DNA of 64,000 nt from Ranitomeya imitator (taxonomy: Eukaryota), in the NCBI RefSeq assembly GCF_032444005.1, contig NC_091283.1, positions 787,090,001 through 787,154,000 on the forward strand. The letters are read 5' to 3'. Of this stretch, positions 1-14,371 are shown piece after piece. How positions within the stretch are numbered: position 1 is the first letter of the stretch; each line of letters starts with the position of its first letter. A program made the position numbers and the translations under genes. The notes under the pieces are model-generated. The model was not told the DNA's origin, did not search any database, and saw only the letters and a list, made by a program, of their open reading frames with translations.

Positions 1-839
1 CGCTTTTTTGGGGGGCTCTTCCCGCCAGCAGCAGAAGGCCTCAGACAGGTCACTCATGCCCGAGTTTATTCACTTGAGCTCTGTCTTTCAGAATGGCTTA
101 AAGGCGCTGGGAGATAGACTGGAAAAGTAGTCTGACCCATATTAACACACTTTTCCAGGATGTCACCCAGCGCCTTAACCATCTGGAAGCCAACCTCCAG
201 AGTGTTTTTGCCACCTCATATCTACATGACACACAATCTACAGCTCCTCCTTTTTATTTGCTTTACACAGCATTGCTTCTTGTGTGTGTAAAGGAGCTAT
301 GAGGTGGCAAAAACACAAAGAGGACTAAAAATCCTCCTAAAATATATATTAATACAGCAAAAAAGGTCAGTGATCAACAATGCTTGCCTGCCCAGGTGTC
401 AGCACTAGTGCACTCAGGATGCAGTGTTTTATGCATCTTGAGTGCACTAGTTCTGACACACGGGCAGGTGAGTAAAGATATGAGGTGGATTAGCTCCATC
501 ATCTCTTCAGTCTCAAGAAATATATAGAAATATAGAAATGCAGACTGAAGAGACGATGGAGCTAATCCAATGTCACTTACCATAGCACTGACCTCAGAGA
601 GAAAAGGTGTAGTGTAAAGCATGGGTTACATAACCCAATTTGGTTATAATTAGTGTTGAGCATTCCGATACTGCAAATATCGGGTATCGGCCGATATTCG
701 CTGTATCGGAGTTCCGATACTGAGTTCCGATACTTTTACAATATCGGATACCGGAATCGGAAATTCCCATAGTGCAAAGATGCACTATAATGGAGTGTGG
801 GTGGTATGTGGGCGGAGACTGCGTGTCTGTGTCTGCGAG

Positions 840-1140
840 CAGGGTCTGTTCGTGACCGTGGGGGCTTGGGTGGGCCTGCCGGCGGTCTGTACAGGCCTGC
901 CAGGGATCTGTGTAGGCTGCTGGGGGTCTGTACGGGCCTGCCAGGGGTCTGTGCGGGCTAACCAAGCTCTGTGCGGGCCTGCCAGGGGTCTGTATGGGCC
1001 TGCCGGGGGTCTGTGCGGGCCTGCCGGGGGTCTATATGGGCCTGCCGGGTGTCTTTGCGGGCTGCCAGGGGTCTCTGCAGGCCTGCCGGAGGTCTGTGTG
1101 GGCTGCCGGGGGTCTGTGCGGGCCTCTCGGGGGTTGTGTG
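840..1140. repeat. GC-rich minisatellite (about 19-20-bp unit, GGGGGTCTGTGCGGGCCTGCC-like), left arm
   Basis: Visible tandem units; an expanded inverted counterpart lies at about 6660-7235. Confidence 0.85.
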
Positions 1141-1265
1141 TGTGTGCAGGCATTGTCCGATGGGACTACAAGTCCCAACGGGCTATGCCTGCTGCAGTGA
1201 CAGTGAGTGACACATTAGCCAATGATGGGACAATAGTAGTCCCATCATCCGGCTAATGTGTTGAA

Positions 1266-2031
1266 TAGTGTTGAGCATTCCGATACCGCAAGTATCGGGT
1301 ATCGGCCGATACTTGCGGTATCGGAATTCCGATACCGAGTTCCGATACTTTTGTGGTATCGGGAATCGGTATCGGATCCATATAATGTGTAAAATAAAGA
1401 ATTAAAATAAAAAAATATTGATATATTCACCTCTCCGGAGGCCCCTGGACATCACCGCGGGTAACCGGCAGGCTTCTTTGTTTAAAATGAGCGCATTTAG
1501 GACCTGAGAATGACGTCGCGGCTTCTGATTGGTCGCGTGCCGCTCATGTGACCGCCACGCCACCAATCACAAGCCGCGACGGCATTCTCAGGCCCTAAAC
1601 TCCTCATTCTAGGAATTTAGGACCTGAGAATGACGTCGCGGCTTGTGATTGGTCGCGTGGCGGTCACATGAGCGGCACGCGACCAATCAGAAGCCGCGAC
1701 GTCATTCTCAGGTCCTAAACGCGCTCATTTTAAACAAAGAAGCCTGCCGGTTACCCGCGGTGATGTCCAGGGGCCTCCGGAGAGGTGAATATATCAATAT
1801 TTTTTATTTTAATTCTTTATTTTACACATTAATATGGATCCCAGGGCCTGAAGGAGAGTTTCCTCTCCTTCAGACGCTGGGAACCATCAGGATACCTTGC
1901 GATACTTGGTGTCCCATTGACTTGTATTGGTATCGGATATCGGTATCGGCGATATCCGATACTTTTCGGGTATCGGCCGATACTATCCGATACCGATACT
2001 TTCAAGTATCGGACGGTATCGCTCAACACTA
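1266..2031 (+). mobile_element. hAT MITE (766 bp) nested in the palindromic element
   Basis: TIR TAGTGTTGAGC/GCTCAACACTA, perfect 8-bp TSD GTGTTGAA (1258-1265, 2032-2039) and a CpG-rich internal palindrome. Confidence 0.93.
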
Positions 2032-2055
2032 GTGTTGAATGTAAAAAAAAAACAG

Positions 2056-2330
2056 AAACATACATACTACATACAACATACATACAACATACATGCAACA
2101 TACATACAACATACATGCATGCTACATACCTACATACATACCTACATACATACATACTACATACATACTACATTACATACATACTGCATACATGCTGCAT
2201 ACATACTACATACTACATACATACTACATACATACATACATACTACATACAATACATTCATACATACTACATACAATACATACATACAGACATACAGTAC
2301 ATATAAATATAACATAGAGTACATACTCAC
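2056..2330. repeat. (CATA)n/(CATACTA)n microsatellite
   Basis: Visible simple repeat; the source of the H/T/Y/I-rich ORFs. Confidence 0.9.
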
Positions 2331-4465
2331 CATCCCTTGTCACTTTGTTCCCTGAAGCCAATGTCATCTGTACAAAATATTAAAATAACAAACAATATAC
2401 TCCCTGATCCGCAGAAATCCACGAGTGTCCCACGACGATCTCCCATGCTGATGCAACCGCTCTCTAGGGGCTCCAGGAATACAATGATGGGAGGAAGATA
2501 TCCTTCTGCACTGTATTCCTCCACCGCAGTAAAAAAATAGTCCCTAGTCTCACTTTTGGCATTGCTGTGTGAGAAATTTCTCAGGCAGCAAATGCCATAA
2601 ACTGAGACTCTGAATTATAGCAACCTCTCAATGATGCACTGAGGAGCCACTGTCTTCTGTCAGTGTGTCACTGAGGGTCCTATAGAGCAGTAACATCACC
2701 CGATGTCACTGTTCTAAAGGGGAGATCGTTGTGGGACACTCGTTATTAATTGGACTATGGCTGACAGGTAGTATACGGTTTATTATTTTACGTTTTTTGC
2801 AGGCGCTGAAGTATGGTAAGTATGGTTAAATGAAGAATATTAAAATACTTTTTTCTGGCTGTGTCCTTATTTTTACCTATTTCACTACACTATGATTAAT
2901 AATGGATAGGCGTCTTATTGACGCCTCTCCATTAATAACCCGGCTTAATGTCACCTTACAATAGCAAGGTGACATTAACCCCATATTACCCCATATCCCA
3001 CCACTACGCAGGAGTGGGAAGAGAGGAGCTAAGTGCCGGAATTGGCACATCTTACAGATGTGCCATTTCTGGGGCGGCTGCAGACTGGTATTTGTAGCCG
3101 CTCTCTAGGCTATGAATATCAGCCCGCAGCTGTCTGCGTAGCATTTCTGGCTATAAAATATAGGGGGACCCTGTGTAATTTTTTTTGGGGGGTCCCCCTA
3201 GTTTAATAGCCAGTAAAGGCTACGCAGACAGCTGCGGGGTGATATTCATAGTCTGGGAGGGGTCATGGGTATTACCCCCTTCCCAGGCTACAAATATTGG
3301 TGCAGAAAATTGTGCGGGAGTCCACGCCATAATGACGCAAGTGTGAAAGAGGCCTTAATGAGCATTTAATTTTAAAAAAATGGAAAAAAACGGCAATTTT
3401 CTGCGCCAGAGGGGGAAAGCCGACGGCCAGGGGCCAATATTTGTAGCCTGGGAAGGGGGTAATACCCATGGCCCCTCCCAGGCTATGAATATCAGCCCAC
3501 AGCTGTCTGCGTAGCCTTTACTGGCCATTAAAATAGAGGGACCCCCGAAAAATGACGTGGGGTCCCCCTATATTTTATAGCCAGAAAGGCTACGCAGACA
3601 GCTGCGGGCTGATATTCATAGCCTAGAGAGGAGCCATGGATATTGGCCCCCCCGGCTACAAATACCAGTCCGCAGCCGCCCCAGAAATGGCGCATCTGTA
3701 AGATGCGCCAATTCCGGCACTTAGCCCCTCTCTTCCTACTCCTGTGTAGCGGTGGGATATGGGGTAGTAAGGGGTTAATGTCACCTTGCTATTGTAAGGT
3801 GACATTAAGCCGGGTTAATAATGGAGAGGCGTCAATAAGACGCCTTTCCATTATTAATCCTAGGGTAGTGAGTTAAAAAAAAATAAAGACACAGCCAAAA
3901 AAAAGTATTTTAATATTCTTCATTACTTCAGCGCCTGCAAAAAATGTAAAATAATAAACCGTATACTACCTGTTTGCCATAGTCCAATTAATAACGAGGG
4001 TCCCACGACGATCTCCCCTATAGAACAGTGACAATGGCTCCTGCAGTGCATCACTGAGAGGTTACTAGAGTTCAAAATCTCACTTTATGGCAATTGCTGC
4101 GTGGGGAAATTTCTCACACAGCAATGCCAAAAGTGAGACTAGGGACTATTTTTTTACAGCGACAGAGGAATACAGTGCGGAAGGATACCTTCCTCCCGAC
4201 ATTGTATTCCTGGAGCCCCTAGAGAGCGGTCGCATCAGCTGATGCTGCCATTCTCCATGGGAGATCGTCGTGGGACACTCGTGGATTTCTGTGGATCAGG
4301 GAGTATATTGGTTGTTTGTTATTTAATCTTTTTTACAGATGGCACTGGCTTCGGGGATCAAAATGATGGATCGAAGTGATGGTGAGTATGTAATCTGTTA
4401 TATGTACTGTATGTCTGTATGTATTGTGTGTAATGTATGAATGTATTGTATGTATGTAATATGTA

Positions 4466-6103
<1,638 letters not shown>

Positions 6104-6512
6104 TGTGTAGTATGTATGTTGTATGTATGTAATGTATGTATGTAGTATGTATGTATGATGTATGTTGTATGTATGTATGTATGTATGTATGTAGTATGTT
6201 GTATGTATGTATGTAGTATGTACTGTATGTAGTATGTACTGTATGTAGTATGTACTGTATGTACTGTATGTAGTATGTACTGTATGTAGTATGTACTGTA
6301 TGTAGTATGGATGGATGTTGTATATATTCGGTATGTATGTAGTATGTATGTAGTATGTATGTATGTAGTATGTATGTATGTAGTATGTATGTATGTAGTA
6401 TGTATGTATGTAGTATGTATGTATGTAGTATGTATGTAGTATGTATGTAGTATGTATGTAGTATGTATGTAGTATGTATGTAGTATGTATGTAGTATGTA
6501 TGTAGTATGTAT
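6104..6512. repeat. (TATG)n/(TAGTATG)n microsatellite, continuing from about 4390-4465 across the Tc1 insertion
   Basis: Visible simple repeat; inverted counterpart of 2056-2330. Confidence 0.9.
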
Positions 6513-6659
6513 GTGCTTTTTTTTTTTTTTTTTTTACATGCAACACATTAGCCGGATGATGGGACTACTACTGTCCCATCAATGGTAATGTGTCAATCAC
6601 TCCCATTGTAGCAGGCATAGCCCGATGGGACTTGTAGTCCCATCGGACAATGCCTGCAC

Positions 6660-7235
6660 ACTTGCACAGACCCCCGGCAGGCCGCACAGACCCCAGATAG
6701 GCCCGTACAGACCCCCGTCAGGCCACACAGACCCCAGAGAGGCCCGTACAGACCTTCGGTAGGCCGCACAAACCCCCGGCAGGCCCCTCAAACCCCAGAG
6801 AGGCCCATACAGACCCCCGGCAGGCCGCACAGACCCCCCAAGAGGCCCATACAGACCCCCAGCAGGCCACACAGACCCCAGAGAGGCCCATACAGACCCC
6901 CGGCAGTCTGCACAGACCCCCGGCAGGCCGCACAGACCCCCAAGAGGCCCGTACAGACCCCCAGCAGGCCCCTCAAACCCCAGAGAGGCCCATACAGACC
7001 CCCGGCAGGCCGCACAGACCCCTCAAGAGGCCCATACAGACCCCCGGCAGGCCACACAGACCCCAGAGAGGCCCATACAGACCCCCGGCAGTCTGCACAG
7101 ACCCCTGGCAGGCCACACAGACCCCCCGAGAGGCCCGTACAGATCCCCAGCAGGCTGCACAGACCCCCGGCAGCCCGCACAGACCTCGGAGAGGTCCGCA
7201 TAGACCCCTGGCAGGCCCACACAGACCCCCCCCAC
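6660..7235. repeat. GC-rich minisatellite (CAGACCCCCGGCAGGCC-like), right arm
   Basis: Reverse complement of the 840-1140 array with more units. Confidence 0.85.
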
Positions 7236-8609
7236 GGTCCCACACAGTCACGCAGTCTCCGCCCACGCATCGCCCACACTCTTCCCCCCTCCGGACCAGG
7301 AGGTTAAGGACAGAAAGGGCTTATTTTAATTCCGATATTTGTGTCCCATTGACTTGCATTGGTATCGGGTATCGGTGATATTCAATATTTTTTGGATATT
7401 TGCCGATCCAATCCGATATTTTTTGGATATTTGCCGATCCAATCCAATACCGATATTTCCGAATATCGGAAGGTATCGCTCAACACTAGCGGTGACGTCA
7501 CTGAAGCTGCACTCTCTCACAGCCTGAACTGCTGTGAACTATGGACCATGGGAAAATGCACTGTTATCGGATGCTAGGTGTGAAAATCGCATTGTACTCG
7601 CATGTCACTCGTCTGTTTTTCGGTTCAGATATTAGAACGTTTTTTTCTCACATATGGGTATGAGCCCTAACACTGAATCCGAGGTGGTATCCAAGGCATG
7701 GTTGAGCTGGAAGCCACGGTTTGGAGTGAAGAGGCTGAAAAAAATGAGCAGAAAAGAAGGGAAATGGTTTGTGGGAATGGCAGAGTTGGTGAGGTTCTGG
7801 AGAGACCCCATATTATAATAATAGTTTCAATTAGAAGAGAATTGCTTCACTACAAATCAAATTTTCTGTAAAATCTGTGCAATTTGGCGATTTATAACTT
7901 TTGGCAGATCTGCTCATTTCTACGTCTCATGTACAGCCAGTTGCATGTCCTTGAAGCCTTAAACTTTCTGAGCTTTTATAAGTACAACTCAGGGTAAATC
8001 AATTAGAAGTATTTATCTGTCGCTACAGAGATGATCTTTGTCATCTTTTCTCTGTGGAGCACAACATGAAAATGCGATATATAAGCCATTGTCTCTTAAA
8101 TTGCCTGTAATTTCAAGATTAACATAACTCAATGGTCAATATCCTTGCTGATCTGTTACAAAAAAGGAAAAACAAAGATAAATTTAACAAGGCTTTAAGC
8201 TCTGAAGTTATTTTCTTACCAGTATGAACTATGCATTAACTTATTGGAATTTTGCTTTTTTTTGTGCTTGTTTCCAAATAATTTCACACTTTCTGGGCTC
8301 ATCTTTAAGAAGTCATTGTCTTAAATATTATGTTCTTTATCTTCAATTATATCATCTGGGACAATTTAAGGCATGCCCCAAATAGTAGAAAATCTTATAA
8401 GCACCTGCTGATTTATATAGAATGGGAATACCAATTTAGGACATATCTCCGGAGACACACACTATGGTCAGGTTGGGCTTTTAACCCTTTCCCCCAGCAG
8501 CCATTTTTTGTTTTTTCGTTTTTGTTTTTTCCTTTTCTTCTTCCAAGAGCCATCACTTTTTTATTTCTTGTTGCTTAGTTTTTGCTGGATGAGTTGTAGT
8601 TTTGAATTA

Positions 8610-10507
8610 CCGTATATACTCGAGTATAAGCCGACCCGAGTATAAGCCGACCCCCCTAATTTTGCCACAAAAACTGGGAAAACTTATTGACTCGAGTATA
8701 AGCCTAGGGTGGAAATGCAGCATTTACCGGTGAATTTCAAAAATAAAAATAGATCATTATTTCCCCATAGCTGTGCCATATAGTGCTCTGCACCGTTCAT
8801 ATTTCCCCATAGGTGTGAACCATATAGTGCTCTGCACCGTTCATTGTGCCCCCTAGCTGTGCCATATACGGTGCTCTGCACCGTTCATTGTGCCCCATAG
8901 ATGTGCCATATACGGTGCTCTGCACCGTTCACTGTGCCCCATAGCTGTGCCATATACGGTGCTCTGCACCGTTCACTGTGCCCCATAGCTGTGCTGTGCC
9001 ATATACGGTGCTCTGCACCGTTCACTGTGCCCCATAGCTGTGCCATATACGGTGCTCTGCACCGTTCACTGTGCCCCATAGCTGTGCTGTGTCATATACG
9101 GTGCTCTGCACCGTTCACTGTGCCCCATAGCTGTGCCATATACGGTGCACTGCACCGTTCACTGTGCCCCATAGCTGTGCTGTGCCATATACGGTGCTCT
9201 GCACCGTTCACTGTGCCCCATAGCTGTGCCATATACGGTGCTCTGCACCGTTCACTGTGCCCCATAGCTGTGCTGTGCCATATACGGTGCTCTGCACCGT
9301 TCACTGTGCCCCATTGCTGTGCCATATACGGTGCTCTGCACCGTTCACTGTGCCCCATAGCTGTGCCATATACGGTGCTCTGCACCGTTCACTGTGCCCC
9401 ATAGCTGTGCTGTGCCATATACGGTGCTCTGCACCGTTCACTGTGCCCCATACATAGCTGTGCTGTGCCATATACGGTGCTCTGCACCGTTCACTGTGCC
9501 CCATACATAGCTGTGCTGTGCCATATACGGTGCTCTGCACCGTTCACTGTGCCCCATAGCTGTGCTGTGCCATATACGGTGCTCTGCACCGTTCACTGTG
9601 CCCCATAGCTGTGCCATATACGGTGCTCTGCACCGTTCACTGTGCCCCATAGCTGTGCTGTGCCATATACGGTGCTCTGCACCGTTCACTGTGCCCCATA
9701 GCTGTGCTGTGCCATATACGGTGCTCTGCACCGTTCACTGTGCCCCATAGCTGTGCTGTGCCATATACGGTGCTCTGCACAGTTCACTGTGCCCCATAGC
9801 TGTGCTGTGCCATATACGGTGCTCTGCACCGTTCACTGTGCCCCATAGATGTTCCACATAAATTTGTGCCGCCGCTGCCGCAATAAAGAAAAAAAACCAC
9901 ATACTCACCTCCCTTGATTGCAGCTCCCGGCGTCTCGTTCCGGCGCCTCCATCTTCCCGGCGTCTCTGCTCTGACTGATCAGGCAGAGGGCGCCGCGCAC
10001 ACTGTATGCGTCATCGCGCCCTCTGCCTGAACAGTCAGAGAGCAGAGACGCCGGGAAGATGGAGGCGCCGGCCGGGAAGATGGATCGGCGCCCGGCGGCT
10101 GGAACGAGGACAGGTGAATATGCTATACTCACCTAGTCCTGGCGATCCTCGCGCTGTCCCCTCCTGTCTTCGGTGCCGCAGCTTCTTTCTCTATCAGCGG
10201 TCACCGGCACCGCTGATTAGAGAAATGAATAAGCGGCTCCGCCCCTATGGGAGGTGGAGCCGCTTATTCATTTCTGTAATGAGCGGTCCCACGTGACCGC
10301 TGAAGAGAGGAAGAAACTGCAGCGCCGAAGACCGTGGGACGGCAGGGACAGCGCGAGGATCGCTGGGACTAGGTAAGTATACCCCAGCGCCCTCAGCCCC
10401 TCACCCGCCGACCCCACCGCTACCGTGACTCGAGTATAAGCCGAGGGGGGCACTTTCAGCCCAAAAATTTGGGCTGAAAATCTCGGCTTATACTCGAGTA
10501 TATACGG
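8610..10507 (+). mobile_element. Tc2-like (TcMar) non-autonomous element with internal minisatellite
   Basis: TIR CCGTATATACTCGAGTATAAGCCGA at both ends; TA TSD (8608-8609, 10508-10509). Confidence 0.9.
8760..9850. repeat. 38/43-bp minisatellite (TGTGCCATATACGGTGCTCTGCACCGTTCACTGTGCCCCATAGC[TGTGC]), about 27 units
   Basis: Highly homogeneous tandem array inside the Tc2-like MITE. Confidence 0.95.
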
Positions 10508-10690
10508 TATATCATTCATTTAACCATAAAATGTAATGGAATATGGAAAATGTGCAGAGAAATAGCATACAAATTCAACTTTTACGTTGTTTTTTTAGTT
10601 TGTCTTTACAGCATCTGCTGCATGGTAAAATGACCTGGCAACATCATTTTTTGTTCTCTGTAGGATCTAGCTAAAATGATGGTCTCCTTA

Positions 10691-11354
10691 AGGTACCGTC
10701 CCATTAAGCGACGCTGCAGCGATCTAGACAACGATCCCGATCGCTGCAGCGTCGCTGTGTGGTCGCTGGAGAGCTGTCACACAGACTGCTCTCCAGCGAC
10801 CAACGATGCCGAAGTCCCCTGGTAACCAGGGTAAACATCGAGTTGCTAAGCACAGGGCCGCGCTTAGTAACCCAATGTTTACCCTGGTTACCAGCGTAAA
10901 CGTAAAAAAAAAAAAACACTACATACTTACATTCTGGCGTCTGTCCTCTCCGGCGCTCTGCTTCTCTGCACTGAGCGCCGGCCGGACGTCACCGCTGTGC
11001 TTTCCGGCCGGCGTTTACACAGTGCAGAGAATGTAAGTATGTAGTGGTTGTTTTTTTTAACATTTACACTGGTAACCAGGGTAAATATCGGGTTACTAAG
11101 CGCGGCCCTGCGCTTAGTAACCCGATGTTTACCCTGGTTACCAGTGAAGACATCGCTGAATCGGCGTCACACACGCCGATTCAGCGATGTCCGCGGGAGT
11201 CCAGCGACGAAATAAAGTTCTAGACTTTCTGCTCCGACCAACGATGGCACAGCAGGATCCTGATCGCTGCTGCGTGTCAAACTGAACGATATCGCTATTC
11301 AGGACGCTGCAACGTCACGAATCGCTAGCGATATCGTTCAGTGTGAAGGTACCT
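10691..11354. mobile_element. PIF/Harbinger-type MITE (664 bp)
   Basis: TIR AGGTACC.TC.CA.T; 3-bp TSD TTA (10688-10690, 11355-11357); two internal hairpin cassettes of about 70 bp. Confidence 0.85.
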
Positions 11355-11851
11355 TTAAGCTTCACAGGAGTGCCACCATAGCAGTCATAATGGCATTCAG
11401 TTGGCCTCCCGCTGCTATATCAACACTCTACAGTCGAGTTGTGGGGGGGAGCATTTGCCTTTAAACCAGCTGTTAAGCTGAGCAGATCTGGTGAGATTCA
11501 ACTACATGAAATCATATAGATTTTCCTGAGAAATCTATTTTGCAGCAAAGTTTTTCTTCGCGAATTGAATGTTCTTTATTATACTCTGGTGTCTCTCTAA
11601 TGTCGGCGTGATAGAAGGTGCGATCACTTCTCCATTACCACTACTGAAACAATGTCATTGGGGGATTGCAGTGGAAGAAGCTATGGCAGTGACCGCAGCG
11701 CCGATTACCTAATGATGCTTCATTTCAGGGCAGAAAAGGAAGCAACTTGAGTGAATTCTGGGAGACTCAAACGAATTGTCATCAGAAGAAAAAAAAATTC
11801 AGACAGGAAGTTCAAGCAGATGGGGAACGGTAGGGTATTTTAACTGGTGTA

Positions 11852-13248
11852 CAGTGGGAATGAGAAATAATCAGACCCCTTTAAATTTTTCATTTTCTGC
11901 TTCATTGCAGCCATTTGCTAAATTCAAAAAAGTTCATTTTTTCTCATTAATGCACACTCTGCCCCCCATCTTGACTGAAAAAAACAGAAAAGTAGAATTT
12001 TTTGCAAATTTATTAAAAAAGAAAAACTGAAATATCACATAGTCATAAGTATTCAGACACTTTGCTCAGACACTCATATTTAAGTCACATGCTGTCCATT
12101 TCCTTGTGATCCTTGTTGAGATGGTTCTACTGCTTCACTGGAGTCCAGCTGTGTTAAATTAAACTGATAAGACTTGATATGGAAAGGCACACACCTGTCT
12201 ATATAAGACCTCATGGCTCACAGTGCATGTCAGACCAAATCAGAATCATGAGGTCAAAGAAACTAGCCAAGGTGCTCAGAGGCAGAATTGTGGCAAGGCA
12301 CAGATCTGGCCAAGGCTACAACAGCATTTCTGCAGTACTAAAGGTTCCTAAGAGCACAGTGGCCTCCATAATCCTTAAATGGAAGAAATTTAGGACCACC
12401 AGCAGTCTTCCTAGACCTGGCCGTCCTGCCAAACTGAGCAATCATGGGAGAAGAGCCTTGGTGAGAGAGGTAAAAGAGAACCCCAAGATCACTGTGGCAG
12501 AGCTCCAGAGATGTAGTAGTGAGATGGTAGAAAGTTCCACAAAGTCAACTATCACTGCAGCTCTCCACCAGTCGGGCCTTTATTGCAGAGTGGCTCGACG
12601 GAAGCCTCTACTCAGTGCAAGACATATGAAAGCCCGCATAGAGTTGGCAAAAAAACACACAAAGGACTCCCAGACTACGAGAAATAAGATTCTCTGGCAT
12701 GATGAGGCAAAGACAGAAATTTTTGGTGATAATTCTAAATGATATGTGTGGAGAAAACCAGGCACTGCTCATCACCTGCCCAATAGAATGCAAACAGTGA
12801 AACATGGTGGTGGCAGCATCATGCTATTGGGGTGTTTTTCAGCTGCAAGGACAGGATGACTGGTTGCCACTGAAGGAGACATGAATGTGGCCAAGTACAG
12901 GGATATCCTGGATGAAAACCTCTTCCAGAATGCTCTGGACCTCAGACTTGGCCAAAGGTTCACCTTCCAACAAGACAGTGACCCTAAGCATACAGCTAAA
13001 ATAACAAAGAAGTGGCTTCAGAACAACTCTGTGACCATTGTTTACTGACCCAGCCAAAGCCCTGACCTAAACCCAATTGAGCATCTCTGGAGAGACTTGG
13101 AAATTACTCATGGCTGTACTAGCCTAAAAAGGATGCTTCTACTCAATACTGAGCAACATTTCTTTTTTTTACATTTAGCAAATGGCTGCAATGAAGCAAA
13201 GAGTGAAAAATTAAATTAAAGGGGTCTGAATACTTTCAGTACCCACTG
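11852..13248 (+). mobile_element. Degenerate Tc1 element (stop codons, internal deletion)
   Basis: TA|CAGTGG...CCACTG termini. ORF 12179-12742 (MRSKKLAK...GRPAKLS...ILWHDEAK) is followed by decayed QQDSDPKH and [11 protein letters not shown]. Confidence 0.9.
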
Positions 13249-13504
13249 CATATTTGAAAAGTGATTAGATTATTGGATTAAATAGACTTATAGTATGAAA
13301 TGTACTTCTAGATTCAGTTGACCTCCTCAATGTTGTGTTATATGATAATAACTTCAGGATTACTTTTGATATAATTTTGGACCAGAGATTACTTTGCTCA
13401 GAAAGCTCTAGAAACACTGGCTAATATCCAAGTGTAGAGCTTTTAGGATGTATGAGGTTATAAACACATTATTAATATTATTATTATTATTTTTGTTATA
13501 TTAA

Positions 13505-13944
13505 AAACCCCTCCCGTCAAATTGTTTAACCTCTTAATATATTGCAATAATCATATTATATAGCACTGTGCAGTTACAATTGCTCATTTTGGCCTTCTGC
13601 TCAGTTAATTCTTCTGTTTTCCATTAGGTCTATGACACCATGTGATTAAAAACTGACCAACTGAATCCTTCTAAGCCCTATGTAGAAACAGGAGGTCGAT
13701 TTTCTTTGCACAAGTCATGAGTCACTGCAAAGGTCTATTGCAGGGGAGGAGGGAGCAGCTGCATCAGTAGTTGAAGAGGAGATGAGTCATGTAGAGCAAA
13801 AGGATTCCTGTTCCTACATAGAGCAGAAAAAAGAGAAGAATTAGGGGGTAGAAAGGCAATATAAGCAATTGTAAGTTCACAGTGCTATATAATATGATAA
13901 TTGCCATATTCTAATAGGATAACAACTTTGATTTTAGTTCTTCT
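13505..13944. mobile_element. Old Kolobok/T2-type MITE (TTAA-flanked, inverted arms)
   Basis: Inverted arms (TGCAATAATCATATTATATAGCAC / GTGCTATATAATATGATAATTGC); homologous to 43176-43731. Confidence 0.6.
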
Positions 13945-14371
13945 TTAATCAGTTTGATCTCTTGTAAAGAATTTTGGTGGAGTATTCAGGATTCTCTGTG
14001 AGTCTTGTTCATGATATATATGATAGCTTTCAACCATCTTCTTCTATTCATGCTTTACCTACTTACATTGACTACACTGTAAAGACATGAACATTGCAGA
14101 TGGGTGTCATACATTCATGTTCCCTTCTATTAACTGGAAAAGAGCTGAGAAAAAGTATCTGCAGCTCTAATGAACATTTATATGGACTACCATTTATTTT
14201 AAATGGACACTATTTACCATTATGTGAGTAAATTACTGTTATATCGTCTGGCAATATTAGCGGATCACTGAAGACTACAACAGCCAAACCCTCAGCAATT
14301 ATTTAATTTGTCTTCGCAATTTTCCTCTGAATAGGTATTTTGTTACTAAGACTACACATTTAAAGGGTTAT

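Larger units (their letters stand above)
8485..10660. mobile_element. Degenerate piggyBac-like MITE end, interrupted by a Tc2-like MITE
   Basis: TTAA|CCCTTT at 8481-8490; the next 120 bp resemble the reverse complement of 52790-52910. The right end is not resolved. Confidence 0.45.

Noticed and set aside
594-1256. Overlapping Gly/Cys/Pro-rich ORFs (also 6597-7279, 8885-9750 and 41243-41500)
   Set aside because: They are translations of stop-poor minisatellites inside MITEs, open on both strands and with no domain signature.
1829-2355. His/Thr/Tyr/Ile-rich ORFs (also 6082-6546)
   Set aside because: Translations of (CATA)n/(TATG)n microsatellites.
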